In this document: one piece after another, positions 22,540 to 31,400 of the stretch
How the letters are laid out: the number at the start of each line of letters is the position of its first letter
Position numbering within the stretch: the stretch's first letter is position 1
Source of the DNA: Haloferax volcanii DS2
Lineage (GTDB): Archaea; Halobacteriota; Halobacteria; Halobacteriales; Haloferacaceae
DNA length: 32,000 bases
Reading direction: 5' to 3'
Assembly (NCBI RefSeq): GCF_000025685.1
Contig: NC_013966.1
Location: forward strand, 540,001 to 572,000
Notes under the pieces: generated by a model
Databases searched by the model: none
The model's input: only the letters and a program-made list of their open reading frames with translations
What the model was told of the DNA's origin: nothing
Position numbers and translations under genes: made by a program

Positions 22540-24126
22540 TCAGCCGGAGAGCCCGGCGTCCGCGATGGCCGCGCGAATCGCGCCGAACCGAACGAGGTCG
22601 GCCGCAGTCTCCAGTTCGCCGTCGAGCCGGCGGTCCTCGTCCAGCGGCGGAACCACGGACCGAATCGCGTCGCGGACGGCCCCAGTGCCGGTCCCGAGTT
22701 CGAGGCCCTCGTCGAGGAACTCGGCGGCTTGCGACCCACAGAGGAGTTCGACGCCGACGATGGTCGCGACGTTCTCGGCGACCGTGCGGGCGTTGAGGGC
22801 GCTCTGGCCGCTCATGCTCACGTGGTCTTCCTGCCCGCCGCTGACGGGCGTCGAGTCGATAGAGGGGCGACCGAGCGACCGACACTCGTTGAGGAGCGCC
22901 GCGGCGGTGTACTGCGCAATCATGTAGCCGGAGCGGAGCCCGCTGCGTTCGGTCAGGAACGGCGGGAGATACGACTCCTGTACGTCGGGGTTGAGCATCC
23001 GGTCGGTCCGGCGCTCGGAGATGGCCGCGAGTTCGGTCAGCGCGCCGGCGGCGTAGTCGAGGCGGAGCGCCAGCGGTTCGCCGTGGAAGTTGCCGGCGGA
23101 GACGACGGCGGCCACGTCGGTGCCGGGCGCGCGCTCGTCCACCGCGCCCGCCGGGAAGACGAGCGGGTTGTCGGTGACGCTGTTGAGTTCGACCTCGACG
23201 GCCTCGCGGAGGTGCGAGACGGCGTCTCTGACCGCGCCGTGGACCTGCGGGAGACAGCGAATCGAGTAGGCGTCCTGCACGCGCTCGCAGTCCTTGTGCG
23301 ATTCGAGGACGGTCGAGCCGGCGGTGAGGCGGCGAATCGCGGCCGCGCTCTCTTGCTGGCCGGGGTGAGGACGAACCTCGTGGATGGCGGGGTCACAGTT
23401 CGCCGTGGTTCCCATCGTGACTTCGGTCGCGAGCGCGCCCGCGGCGTCGGCGGCCTCGATTGTTCGCTCGGCGTCGACGACGAACAGCGCGGCGAGGCCG
23501 ACCGTCAGTTGCGTCCCGTTGATGAGCGCGAGACCTTCTTTGGAGGCGAGCGTTACCGGCTCCAAACCGACCGCTCGCAGGGCTTCGTCGCCCGGCAGTC
23601 GCTCGCCGCCGACGCGGGCTTCGCCCTCGCCGATGAGGACGAGCGCCATGTGCGCGAGGGGTGCGAGGTCGCCGCTCGCGCCGAGGCTCCCGCGGGAGCG
23701 GACGACCGGCTGGACGCCCTCGTTGAGCATCGAGACGAGCAGGTCGACAACCGAGGGTCGGATACCCGAAAAGCCCTTTACGAGCGTGTTGGCCCGACTG
23801 ACCATCATCGACCGGACCTCCTCGCGGGTGAGTTCGCGGCCCGCGCCGGCGGCGTGGCTCCGGACGAGATTCGTCTGGAGGCGCTCGATGTCCTCGCGGT
23901 CGATGTGCGTCTCGACGAGGTGGCCGAAGCCGGTGTTGACGCCGTACACCGGTTCGCCGGAGTCGAGGACGGATTCGACGCGCTCGCGCGACTCGCGCAT
24001 CCGCTCTCGCGACTCGGCGGCGAGTTCGACGGGTGCGTCGTGGCGTGAAACGGCGGCCACGTCCTCCGGCGTCAGCGACTCGCCGTCGAGGACGACCGAG
24101 TCGGGGAGGCCTGCGCGGTCACTCAC
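22540..24126 (-). CDS. hutH: Histidine ammonia-lyase
   Basis: 528 aa with the MIO-forming GSLGASGDLAPLAH motif and full-length HAL-like sequence. The GTG start at 24126 overlaps the hutI stop by 8 nt (GTGAGTGA). Confidence 0.96.
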   Translation of the reverse strand: MSDRAGLPDSVVLDGESLTPEDVAAVSRHDAPVELAAESRERMRESRERVESVLDSGEPVYGVNTGFGHLVETHIDREDIERLQTNLVRSHAAGAGRELTREEVRSMMVSRANTLVKGFSGIRPSVVDLLVSMLNEGVQPVVRSRGSLGASGDLAPLAHMALVLIGEGEARVGGERLPGDEALRAVGLEPVTLASKEGLALINGTQLTVGLAALFVVDAERTIEAADAAGALATEVTMGTTANCDPAIHEVRPHPGQQESAAAIRRLTAGSTVLESHKDCERVQDAYSIRCLPQVHGAVRDAVSHLREAVEVELNSVTDNPLVFPAGAVDERAPGTDVAAVVSAGNFHGEPLALRLDYAAGALTELAAISERRTDRMLNPDVQESYLPPFLTERSGLRSGYMIAQYTAAALLNECRSLGRPSIDSTPVSGGQEDHVSMSGQSALNARTVAENVATIVGVELLCGSQAAEFLDEGLELGTGTGAVRDAIRSVVPPLDEDRRLDGELETAADLVRFGAIRAAIADAGLSG

Positions 24127-25357
24127 GGGCGACCACCCCCGATTTCAGCACGGTCGAAACGGGGTTCGTGTCGAACCGGTACGAGAGGTGTGACGCGGTC
24201 GGCACGTCGAGCACGACGGCGTCGGCGGGAGCCCCGGTGCGGAGCGTGCCCGTGCCGTCGTCGCGGTCGAGCGCACCCGCGGCGGCGCTCGTGACGCCGC
24301 GGATGGCCTCGTGTGGAGTCATTCGCATCCCGACGCTGGCGAGAGTGGCGACGAAACTCATGCTTCGAGCGAAGCAGTTCGGGTTGAAATCGGTGGCGAG
24401 CGCGACCTCGTGGCCCGCGTCGAGGAAGGCGCGGGCGTCGGCGTAGTCGGCTCCGAGACCGAACGCCGTGCCCGGGAGCAGCACGGGCGTGACGCCGGCG
24501 TCGACGAGCGTGTCTCGGCCCTCGTCGTCGGTGTGGAGTAGGTGGTCCGCGCTGGCCGCACCGACCGAGGCCGCCACGTCGGTGCCGCCGATGGCGGCGA
24601 ACTCGTCGGCGTGAATCTTCGGCGTGAGGCCGTGGTCGCGGCCCGCGTCCAGAATCCGACGGGACTGCTCGGCGGTGAACACGCCGCGCTCGCAGAACAC
24701 GTCGCAGAACTCGGCGATACCCTGCGCTGCGACTGCCGGGAGTTGGTCGGAGACGACCGACTCGGTGTACTCCTCAGCGTCCGCGCCGCGCGGAACGGCG
24801 TGCGCGCCCATGAACGTCGGAATCACGTCCACCGGGTGGTCCGAGCCGGCCGCGTCGATGACCGAGAGCATCCGCAGTTCGGTCTCGGTGTCGAGGCCGT
24901 AGCCGGTCTTCACCTCGACCGTCGTCGTCCCGTGGGCGAGCATCGCGTCGAGGTGGTCGGCGAGGGTCACCGCCAACTCGTCGTCGGAGACCCCGCGGAC
25001 CGCGTCGACGGTGCGGAGGATGCCGCCGCCGTCGGCGAGAATGTCCTCGTAGGTCGCGCCCTGCAACTTCGCCACGAACTCGTCGGAGCGGTCGCCCGCA
25101 AAGAGCGCGTGGGTGTGCGGGTCGACGAAGCCCGGGAGAACCGTCTTGTCGGTCGCGTCGATGGCCGTCTCGGCGTCTTCGACCGGGTAGTCCGCGAGTA
25201 CTTCGGCCGTGGGGCCGACGGCGACGACTTCGCCGTCGAGCGCGGCGAACGCGGCGTCTTCGAGGACGACGACGCCGGTTCCCTCGTCGGGGCCGACGAC
25301 CAGTTCGGCCGCGTCGTGGACGACCGTGAGGCCGGCCGTGGAGCCTGCGTCAGTCAC
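24119..25357 (-). CDS. hutI: Imidazolonepropionase
   Basis: GTG start at 25357 ([20 protein letters not shown]...) within ORF 24119..25543, whose first 62 codons are Arg/Pro/Ser junk. [21 protein letters not shown] and the downstream His/Asp amidohydrolase metal-ligand blocks are present. It overlaps the hutG stop by 8 nt (GTGACTGA). Confidence 0.92.
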   Translation of the reverse strand: MTDAGSTAGLTVVHDAAELVVGPDEGTGVVVLEDAAFAALDGEVVAVGPTAEVLADYPVEDAETAIDATDKTVLPGFVDPHTHALFAGDRSDEFVAKLQGATYEDILADGGGILRTVDAVRGVSDDELAVTLADHLDAMLAHGTTTVEVKTGYGLDTETELRMLSVIDAAGSDHPVDVIPTFMGAHAVPRGADAEEYTESVVSDQLPAVAAQGIAEFCDVFCERGVFTAEQSRRILDAGRDHGLTPKIHADEFAAIGGTDVAASVGAASADHLLHTDDEGRDTLVDAGVTPVLLPGTAFGLGADYADARAFLDAGHEVALATDFNPNCFARSMSFVATLASVGMRMTPHEAIRGVTSAAAGALDRDDGTGTLRTGAPADAVVLDVPTASHLSYRFDTNPVSTVLKSGVVARE

Positions 25358-26300
25358 GAGACACCACCCCCGCGAGGAAGTGGGCGACCGCGCGGGCGGC
25401 CGCGCTGACGGTTCGGCCGTCCTCGTCGTCCAGCGGCGGCGCGCACTCCACGACCTCGAAGCCGACGACGCGGGGGGCGGCCGCGACGCGGCGGAGCATC
25501 GAGAACAGTTCGCGGGTGGTGACGCCGCCGGGGGTCGGCGCACTCGCGCCCGGCGCGGCCGTCTGGTCCAACACGTCCACGTCGAGGCTGACGAAGACGC
25601 GGTCGCAGGCGGCGACGGCGTCGAGGGCGAAATCGGCTGTCTCGACGGGGTCGCGGCCGACCTCGTCGGCGGTGAGGATGGTGCCGCCCGACTCGCGCAG
25701 GAAGTCGGCGTAGGCCGTCGAGGTCTCGAAGTGGCGCGCGCCGACCACGGCGAGGCGGTCGAGTCCGGCGTCGAACAGTTGGCGGTAGGGCGTCCCGCTC
25801 GTCGGGCCGTCGGCGGGGGCGCGGCAGTCGAGGTGGGCGTCGAAGCTCACGACGCCGACCGAGTCGTCGCCGCCGAGAAGCGGCGTGACGTTCCCGACCG
25901 ACAGGGAGTTGTCGCCGCCGAGGAAGACCGGGAGCGCGCCGCGCTCGTAGACGGGCGCGGCCTCGTCGGCGACGATGGCCTGCACGTCCGCGACGTGGTT
26001 CTCGGGGTCGTCCGCGTCGTTGTACGCCTTGACCGGGAGGTCGCCGAGGTCGGCGACGCCGGCGACCGGCCCCTCGTCGAAGTGGTGGGTCTTGACGCCG
26101 GCGAGGGCGCGCCGAATCGCGGCCGGGCCCTCGCGGGCACCGCGCCGACCGATGACGGCCCCGTCGTACGGTTCGCCCACGATGACGGCGCGGAAGTCGC
26201 CCGCGTCCTCGATGTCGGTCGGGGAGACGACGTGGCCGAACTGCTCGTCGTTCGGGTCCGACGACGTTCCCTCCCACGCGAGCGGGTCGGGTCGGGTCAT
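25350..26300 (-). CDS. hutG: Formimidoylglutamase (arginase/ureohydrolase family)
   Basis: 316 aa with the ureohydrolase motifs [18 protein letters not shown] and SLDVDVLD. It sits between hutU and hutI. Its ATG overlaps the hutU stop (ATGA). Confidence 0.9.
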   Translation of the reverse strand: MTRPDPLAWEGTSSDPNDEQFGHVVSPTDIEDAGDFRAVIVGEPYDGAVIGRRGAREGPAAIRRALAGVKTHHFDEGPVAGVADLGDLPVKAYNDADDPENHVADVQAIVADEAAPVYERGALPVFLGGDNSLSVGNVTPLLGGDDSVGVVSFDAHLDCRAPADGPTSGTPYRQLFDAGLDRLAVVGARHFETSTAYADFLRESGGTILTADEVGRDPVETADFALDAVAACDRVFVSLDVDVLDQTAAPGASAPTPGGVTTRELFSMLRRVAAAPRVVGFEVVECAPPLDDEDGRTVSAAARAVAHFLAGVVSRD

Positions 26301-28159
26301 TCGTCACCTCGGCCGGCGGATTCGCCGGTCTCGGTCGCGTGGCCGCCGTCTTCGGCCGTGCGGTCGGCGCGGTCGGCGCGCTCGGAGCGCTCGGAGCGCT
26401 CGGAGCGTTCGGTACGCGCGGCCGCGTCGTGGTCCCGCATCGGAATGCGGACGTTCGACCGGGTCGCCTCGTCCAGCGCGTCCTCGTAGCCGGCGTCGGC
26501 GTGGCGGATGACGCCCATGCCGGGGTCGGTCGTGAAGACGGCGCGGGCCTTCTTCGCCGCGAGGTCCGAGCCGTCGAGGACGACGTGGTTGTTCGCGTGG
26601 AGCGAGTTGCCGATGCCGACGCCGCCGCCGTCGTGGACGCTCACGATGTCCGCGCCCGCGGCGGTGTTGAGGAGCGCGTTCAGGATGGGCCAGTCGGCGA
26701 CCGCGTCGGTGCCGTCGCGCATCGCCTCGGTCTCGCGGTACGGGCTGGCGACCGACCCGGCGTCGAGGTGGTCGCGGGTGACGACGACCGGCGCGGACAC
26801 CTCGCCCGACGCGACGAGGTCGTTGATTTTCAGGGCGAATCGGGCGCGCTCCGTGAGCCCCTCGTCGTCGGTGGCGTAGCCGAGCCAGCAGACGCGCGAG
26901 GGAAGCCCCTGAAACGACACCTGCTCCTGTGCGAGGTCTATCCAGCGCATGAGCGACTCGTGTTCGGGGAAGAGCTCTCGAATCGCCTCGTCGGTGCGGT
27001 GGATGTCGGCGGGGTCGCCGGAGAGCGCGGCCCATCGGAACGGCCCGCGCCCGCGGCAGAACATCGGGCGGATGTACGCCGGGACGAAGCCCGGGAAGTC
27101 GAACGCGGTCGTCATTCCGCGGTGGTTCTGGACCTGCCCGCGGATGTTGTTGCCGTACTCGAAGGCGATTGCGCCCGCGTCCTGCAGGTCGAGGATGGCC
27201 TGCACGTGGCGCTCCATCGTGTCGAGGCTGGCGTCGACGTACTTCTCGGGGTCGTCCTCGCGGAGTCGGTCGGCCTCCGCGACGGTGTAGCCGCTCGGGT
27301 AGTAGCCTTCGAGTTCGTCGTGGGCGCTGGTCTGGTCGGTGACCACGTCCGGAATCTCGTCGCGCGCGAGCAGTTCTTCGAGCATGTCGGCGGCGTTCAT
27401 CTGGACGCCGACGCTGTAGGGTTCGCCCGCGTCGATGGCCGCGTTGGCGTTTTCGAGCGCCTCGTCCAGCGAGTCAGCGAACTCCATCAGGTAGTCCGTC
27501 TCGACCCGGCGCTCGATGCGGTCGGCCTGCACCTCGGCGGCGATACAGACCCCGCGATTCATCGTCACCGCGAGGGGCTGTGCGCCGCTCATACCGCCGA
27601 GACCGCCGGTGACGACGAGCTTCCCCCGGAGGTCGGCGTCGTAGCGCTGGCGGGCGAGTTCGGCCAGCGTCTCGTAGGTTCCCTGAATGATGCCCTGCGT
27701 GCCGATGTACGCCCACGACCCGGCGGTCATCTGGCCGTACATGATTTTGCCCTCGGCCTCCAGTTCGTGGAAGTGCTCCCAGTCGTCCCAGCGGCCGACG
27801 AGGTTGGAGTTGGCGATGAGGACGCGCGGGGCGCGCTCGTGGGTCGGGAACGTCCCGACCGGCTTGCCCGACTGGACGAGGAGCGTCTCGTCGTCGTCGA
27901 GGTCGCGGAGTTCGGTGAGAATCGCGTCGTAGGCGTCCCACGAGCGGGCGGCGCGGCCGGTCCCGCCGTAAACGACGAGGTCCTCGGGGCGCTCGGCCAC
28001 CTCGGGGTCGAGGTTGTTGTTGAGCATCCGGAGCGCCGCCTCCTGTCGCCACCCCTTGCACTCGATGTCCGTCCCGGTGGGCGCGCCCTGATACGCGCGC
28101 CACTCGTCGCTCGGGTCACCGAGTCGGTCCCGGCGCGCCGACGATTGCTGGTCGTGCAT
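26297..28159 (-). CDS. hutU: Urocanate hydratase with ~46-aa repetitive charged C-terminal tail
   Basis: 620 aa. Conserved blocks include [64 protein letters not shown] and [16 protein letters not shown]. Confidence 0.96.
   Translation of the reverse strand: MHDQQSSARRDRLGDPSDEWRAYQGAPTGTDIECKGWRQEAALRMLNNNLDPEVAERPEDLVVYGGTGRAARSWDAYDAILTELRDLDDDETLLVQSGKPVGTFPTHERAPRVLIANSNLVGRWDDWEHFHELEAEGKIMYGQMTAGSWAYIGTQGIIQGTYETLAELARQRYDADLRGKLVVTGGLGGMSGAQPLAVTMNRGVCIAAEVQADRIERRVETDYLMEFADSLDEALENANAAIDAGEPYSVGVQMNAADMLEELLARDEIPDVVTDQTSAHDELEGYYPSGYTVAEADRLREDDPEKYVDASLDTMERHVQAILDLQDAGAIAFEYGNNIRGQVQNHRGMTTAFDFPGFVPAYIRPMFCRGRGPFRWAALSGDPADIHRTDEAIRELFPEHESLMRWIDLAQEQVSFQGLPSRVCWLGYATDDEGLTERARFALKINDLVASGEVSAPVVVTRDHLDAGSVASPYRETEAMRDGTDAVADWPILNALLNTAAGADIVSVHDGGGVGIGNSLHANNHVVLDGSDLAAKKARAVFTTDPGMGVIRHADAGYEDALDEATRSNVRIPMRDHDAAARTERSERSERSERADRADRTAEDGGHATETGESAGRGDE
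26361..26414. repeat. 6 x 9-bp in-frame tandem repeat inside the hutU 3' end
   Basis: The units are cggtcggcg x2, cgctcggag x3 and cgttcggta. On the coding strand they encode [18 protein letters not shown]. Confidence 0.9.
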
Positions 28160-28197
28160 ACCACAGAGTTCGGGCGCGACACGGGTAGCAATTCACC

Positions 28198-28223
28198 CAC
28201 CGTGCGGTGTGGTATTTATATAT
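28198..28223. promoter_or_regulatory. hutU / HTH_10-regulator divergent promoter core: palindrome CACCGTGCGGTG plus TATA-like TTTATATAT
   Basis: TTTATATAT (28215-28223) lies about 28 nt upstream of ATG 28248. The palindrome at 28198-28209 lies on the hutU side. An 8-bp inverted repeat ATACCACA (28158-28165) / TGTGGTAT (28208-28215) brackets the spacer. Confidence 0.55.
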
Positions 28224-28247
28224 CATCGCCGGACCAACGGTCCGCGT

Positions 28248-28898
28248 ATGTACGAGGCGAGCCTCCGAATCAGAGACGACAGCGCCTACGCGGCGGCGAC
28301 GGCGGGCAACGCCGCGAGCGTCGAACTGTGGTGCAACGAGCACTGCGACATGCTCCACGTCAGCGGCGAGGCCGGCAGCGACGTGCTCGACCGCGTCCGC
28401 GACACCGTCGGCGTGGCGGCGTCGGTCGAGCGCGGCGACGAGTTGGTCGTCGTCACCGCCGACTGCCTCCGCGACCACGAGATAGACCACATCGAGGGCT
28501 ACGTGCGGAAACACGGCCTCCTCCTCGTGCCGCCGCTTCGCTACCGCGGCGGGGCCAAAGTGTGCCGTCTGCTCGCCGTCTCGGCCGACGACCTGACGGC
28601 GTGCTTCCGCGACCTCGTGGACAGCGGCTTCGACGTGAGCGTCGAGTCCAAACGCGCGGTGTCGTTCGCCAGCGGGAGCGGCCCGCTTTTGGCCCCCGCC
28701 GACGCGATGCCCGCGCTCACCGGCCGCCAGCGCGAGGCGCTCCGACTGGCCCACGCCGGCGGCTACTACGACCTCCCGCGCGGTATCGAGACGGCGACCA
28801 TCGCCGACGAGATGGGCGTCTCGCGGCGCACCGCCGAGGAACACCTGCGCCGGGCGGAGCGAAAAGTGATGGACTCGGTCGCGCAGTACGTACTGTAA
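28248..28898 (+). CDS. HTH_10 (bacterio-opsin-activator-type) helix-turn-helix transcriptional regulator
   Basis: Starts at the internal Met of ORF 28209..28898. The C-terminus LTGRQREALRLAHAGGYYDLPRGIETATIADEMGVSRRTAEEHLRRAERKVM is the HTH_10 signature common in haloarchaea. It is divergent from the hut operon. Confidence 0.87.
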   Translation: MYEASLRIRDDSAYAAATAGNAASVELWCNEHCDMLHVSGEAGSDVLDRVRDTVGVAASVERGDELVVVTADCLRDHEIDHIEGYVRKHGLLLVPPLRYRGGAKVCRLLAVSADDLTACFRDLVDSGFDVSVESKRAVSFASGSGPLLAPADAMPALTGRQREALRLAHAGGYYDLPRGIETATIADEMGVSRRTAEEHLRRAERKVMDSVAQYVL

Positions 28899-28901
28899 GG
28901 C

Positions 28902-29351
28902 TCAGTCGGCGTCGGGCGCGGCTTTCAGTTCCAGCGTGTAGCCGAACGGGTCGGTGACGTACACCGCGGGCGCGACGCCCGTCGCCCCGAGGGGTTCGAG
29001 TCGGCGGTCGATTTCGACGCCCGCCGCTTCGAGGTGGTCGCAAAGCTCGTCGATGTCGTGGGCGAACTCGATGGCGACGTGGTCGAAGGCGGTCTCAGCC
29101 GGCGGTTCGAAGTCCTCGGCCGGGCGGAGGTGGATGACGCTCGCCGGGGTGAGCCGCACGGAGATGAATGGCTTTTCGCCCGACTCGAACAGGTCGCGGT
29201 TCTCGACGTCGAAGCCGAGCGCGTCGCGGTAGAACCCGACCGCGGCGTCGAGGCCGTCGGCGGGGATGCGGAGGTTCACGTGGTCGATTGCCGTCGCGTC
29301 CATGCCCGCCCCGTCGCGGGCGAAGATGGTAAAAATTCGTGCGGCGGTCAT
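28902..29351 (-). CDS. VOC/glyoxalase-family protein
   Basis: IDHVNLRIPADGLDAAVGFYRDALGF...FDHVAIEF...VYVTDPFGYTLEL are the paired VOC beta-alpha-beta-beta-beta modules. ATG 29351 has a TATA-like GGTTTATTTTTGG about 27 nt upstream. The alternative start is ATG 29303. Confidence 0.85.
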   Translation of the reverse strand: MTAARIFTIFARDGAGMDATAIDHVNLRIPADGLDAAVGFYRDALGFDVENRDLFESGEKPFISVRLTPASVIHLRPAEDFEPPAETAFDHVAIEFAHDIDELCDHLEAAGVEIDRRLEPLGATGVAPAVYVTDPFGYTLELKAAPDAD

Positions 29352-29401
29352 CGGGGACGGAGAGCCGGAACCAAAAATAAACCGAGGTGAGTTTAAAACT
29401 G

Positions 29402-29437
29402 TGGAGATTTTAGAAATTGTAGAATTTGTAGAGATTG
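29402..29437. repeat. 4 x 9-bp AT-rich tandem repeat (TRGARATTK) in a divergent promoter island
   Basis: The units are tggagattt, tagaaattg, tagaatttg and tagagattg, read directly. GTTTAG follows twice at a 10-bp offset (29442-29447 and 29452-29457). Confidence 0.85.
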
Positions 29438-29615
29438 TGTCGTTTAGGGCGGTTTAGAAACACATTTACAAACCAAGTACCCAATGTCGGGTTCTTTGAA
29501 TAAACTGTATATTGTTTATAAGACGATCAATCCCTCGGGGGAACCGCGACGCCGACAACCGGAACCGTCGTTCCGCAATCGTAACCCATTGGTAGCAGGT
29601 CGGTGTACCGTGGGT

Positions 29616-30803
29616 GTGAACCAACAGCCGACATCCGACGAGCGCTTGCTTGCGGGCTACCCGGGTCGGATGTTAGTCACCGTGTCGCTGGCGTGGGCGG
29701 TCCTCCAGACGGGTCGGTTTCTCTTGTCGCCGCTGCTGCCGACCATCATCGAGGAACTCCAGATAACGGAGGCGACCGCCGGCATCGCGCTGGCGCTGTT
29801 TCAGAGCGTCTACGCCATCACTCAGTACCCCGGCGGCGAGTACTCCGACCGGTGGACGCGGGCGACGCTCATCGTCCCCGGACTGAGCATCCTCGTCCTC
29901 GGCTTCCTCACGTTCGGTCTCGCCGGCGGCCTCGCGGGCTTCGTCGCCGCCGCGGTTATCACGGGACTCGGGAAGGGGCTGTTCGCCATCCCCTCGCGGG
30001 CGCTCCTCTCTGACCTGTTCGTCGAACGCCGCGGCCGGGCGCTCGGCCTCTACGCCGCCGGTACCGACCTCGGCGGCCTCGTCTCCTCGGGGCTCGCCAT
30101 CCTCGCGTTGACCTACGCGACGTGGCGGACGCCGTTCCTGCCGGTCGCCGTCGTCCTCGCGGGACTCACCGTCCTCTACGCGCTCTGGTCGAGAGACGGC
30201 TACGCCGTGGGGTCGCCCGAACTCCACGTTTCGGGGACGCTCCGACGCCTCTTCGCCAGCGCGGAACAGCGCCGGACGCTCCTCGCGTTCGGGCTGTTTT
30301 ACTTCATGGTCGGCGGCTTCATCAACTTCTTTCCGACCTACCTCATCGAGGCGAAGGGGTTCGACCAGCAGTTGGCGAGCGCGACGTTCGCCATCGTCTT
30401 CGCCGTCGGCATCACCATCAAACCCGTCGCCGGCGGCCTGAGCGACCGGTTCCGACGCGAATCAATCGCCGTCGTCGGGATGCTCGCGGCCGCGGGTGCA
30501 CTCGCCGTCCTCTCGGCCGTGGAGGCTCGCCCGCTCATCTACGTCTCCGTCGTCGCGCTCGCGGCCGGCTACAAGACGGAGTTCCCGCTCGCGGACGCCA
30601 TCATCATGGACAACGCGCCCGACGCCGACCGCGGGGCCGACCTCGGGGCCGCGCGGGCGCTGTTCCTCGGCGCGAACGCGCTGGGGCCGGCCTACGTCGG
30701 CATCGTCGCCACCTACGCGAGCTACGTCGCCGCGTTCGCGGGACTCGCGGTCTGTCTCGTCGTCTCCGCCGGGCTGCTCTACTGGGACGCGCGCAAGCGG
30801 TGA
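29616..30803 (+). CDS. MFS transporter
   Basis: About 12 TM segments, with motif-A-like GGEYSDRWTRA and GLSDRFRRE. The start is uncertain. GC3 is low from 29484 to about 29600, so that stretch is likely non-coding. GTG 29610 and GTG 29616 are preferred, and ATG 29670 is the conservative alternative. Confidence 0.85.
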   Translation: MNQQPTSDERLLAGYPGRMLVTVSLAWAVLQTGRFLLSPLLPTIIEELQITEATAGIALALFQSVYAITQYPGGEYSDRWTRATLIVPGLSILVLGFLTFGLAGGLAGFVAAAVITGLGKGLFAIPSRALLSDLFVERRGRALGLYAAGTDLGGLVSSGLAILALTYATWRTPFLPVAVVLAGLTVLYALWSRDGYAVGSPELHVSGTLRRLFASAEQRRTLLAFGLFYFMVGGFINFFPTYLIEAKGFDQQLASATFAIVFAVGITIKPVAGGLSDRFRRESIAVVGMLAAAGALAVLSAVEARPLIYVSVVALAAGYKTEFPLADAIIMDNAPDADRGADLGAARALFLGANALGPAYVGIVATYASYVAAFAGLAVCLVVSAGLLYWDARKR

Positions 30804-30869
30804 GCGGTCGTTCGGTGCGTCGAGTGCTTCGGGTGCGCGGAAGCCGTACAACGTGAGCCGAGTGCCCGC

Positions 30870-31400
30870 TCAGCCGTCGAGTTTCGCCTTCGTGTAGGCT
30901 TTCAGTCCTCCCTGTTCGACGAGCGACTGGAGGAACTCGGGGAGCGCCTCCGCCTCGTAGGTTTCGTCTCGCGTGTGGTTCGTCACGACGCCCGCGTCGA
31001 GGTCGACGTGAATCTCGTCGTCGTCCTCGATGACGTCCGCGCCGGGGCAGATGAGCACCGGCAGGCCGAGGTTGATGGCGTTGCGGAAGAAGATGCGCGC
31101 GAACGACTGCGCGACGACCGCCGAGACGCCCGCGCCGACGAGCGACAGCGGCGAGTGCTCCCGCGACGACCCGCTGCCGAAGTTCTCGCCGGCGACGACG
31201 AAGTCACCGGGTTCGACCGACTCGGAGAACTCGGGTCTGAGGTCCTCGAAGGCGTGGGTGGCGAGTTCGTCGGGGTCCGACGAGACGATGAATCGCGACG
31301 GCGTTATCTGGTCGGTGTCGATGTTGTCGCCGAAGACCCACGCGCGACCGGGTTCGGCGGGGTCCGGGCGGCCGCCGTCGCCGGCGAACGCGTCCGTCAT
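30870..31400 (-). CDS. leuD: 3-isopropylmalate dehydratase small subunit family (LeuD/aconitase swivel domain)
   Basis: 176 aa with GDNIDTDQITP, AGENFGSGSSREH and FARIFFRNAINLGLP. The ATG overlaps the stop of the large-subunit gene (ATGA). Confidence 0.92.
   Translation of the reverse strand: MTDAFAGDGGRPDPAEPGRAWVFGDNIDTDQITPSRFIVSSDPDELATHAFEDLRPEFSESVEPGDFVVAGENFGSGSSREHSPLSLVGAGVSAVVAQSFARIFFRNAINLGLPVLICPGADVIEDDDEIHVDLDAGVVTNHTRDETYEAEALPEFLQSLVEQGGLKAYTKAKLDG

Noticed and set aside
26339-28957. 872-aa plus-strand ORF, the longest in that region
   Set aside because: It lies antisense to hutU and then runs in a wrong frame through the HTH_10 regulator. It is Arg/Pro/Gly-rich and has no motifs, whereas hutU and the regulator are both well supported.
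29352-29530. AT-rich repeat island as a replication origin
   Set aside because: I could not recognise origin-recognition-box-type long inverted repeats or G-strings, and there is no adjacent orc/cdc6 gene. Its position between two divergent genes fits a promoter region.
29484-29615. N-terminal extension of the MFS ORF from ATG 29484 (MSGSLNKLYIVYKTINPSGEPRRRQ...)
   Set aside because: The codons are AT-rich and low in GC3, and the sequence is basic and non-membrane, unlike local proteins. It is treated as leader or promoter, although a TATA-like box about 27 nt upstream of this ATG keeps it as a formal alternative.
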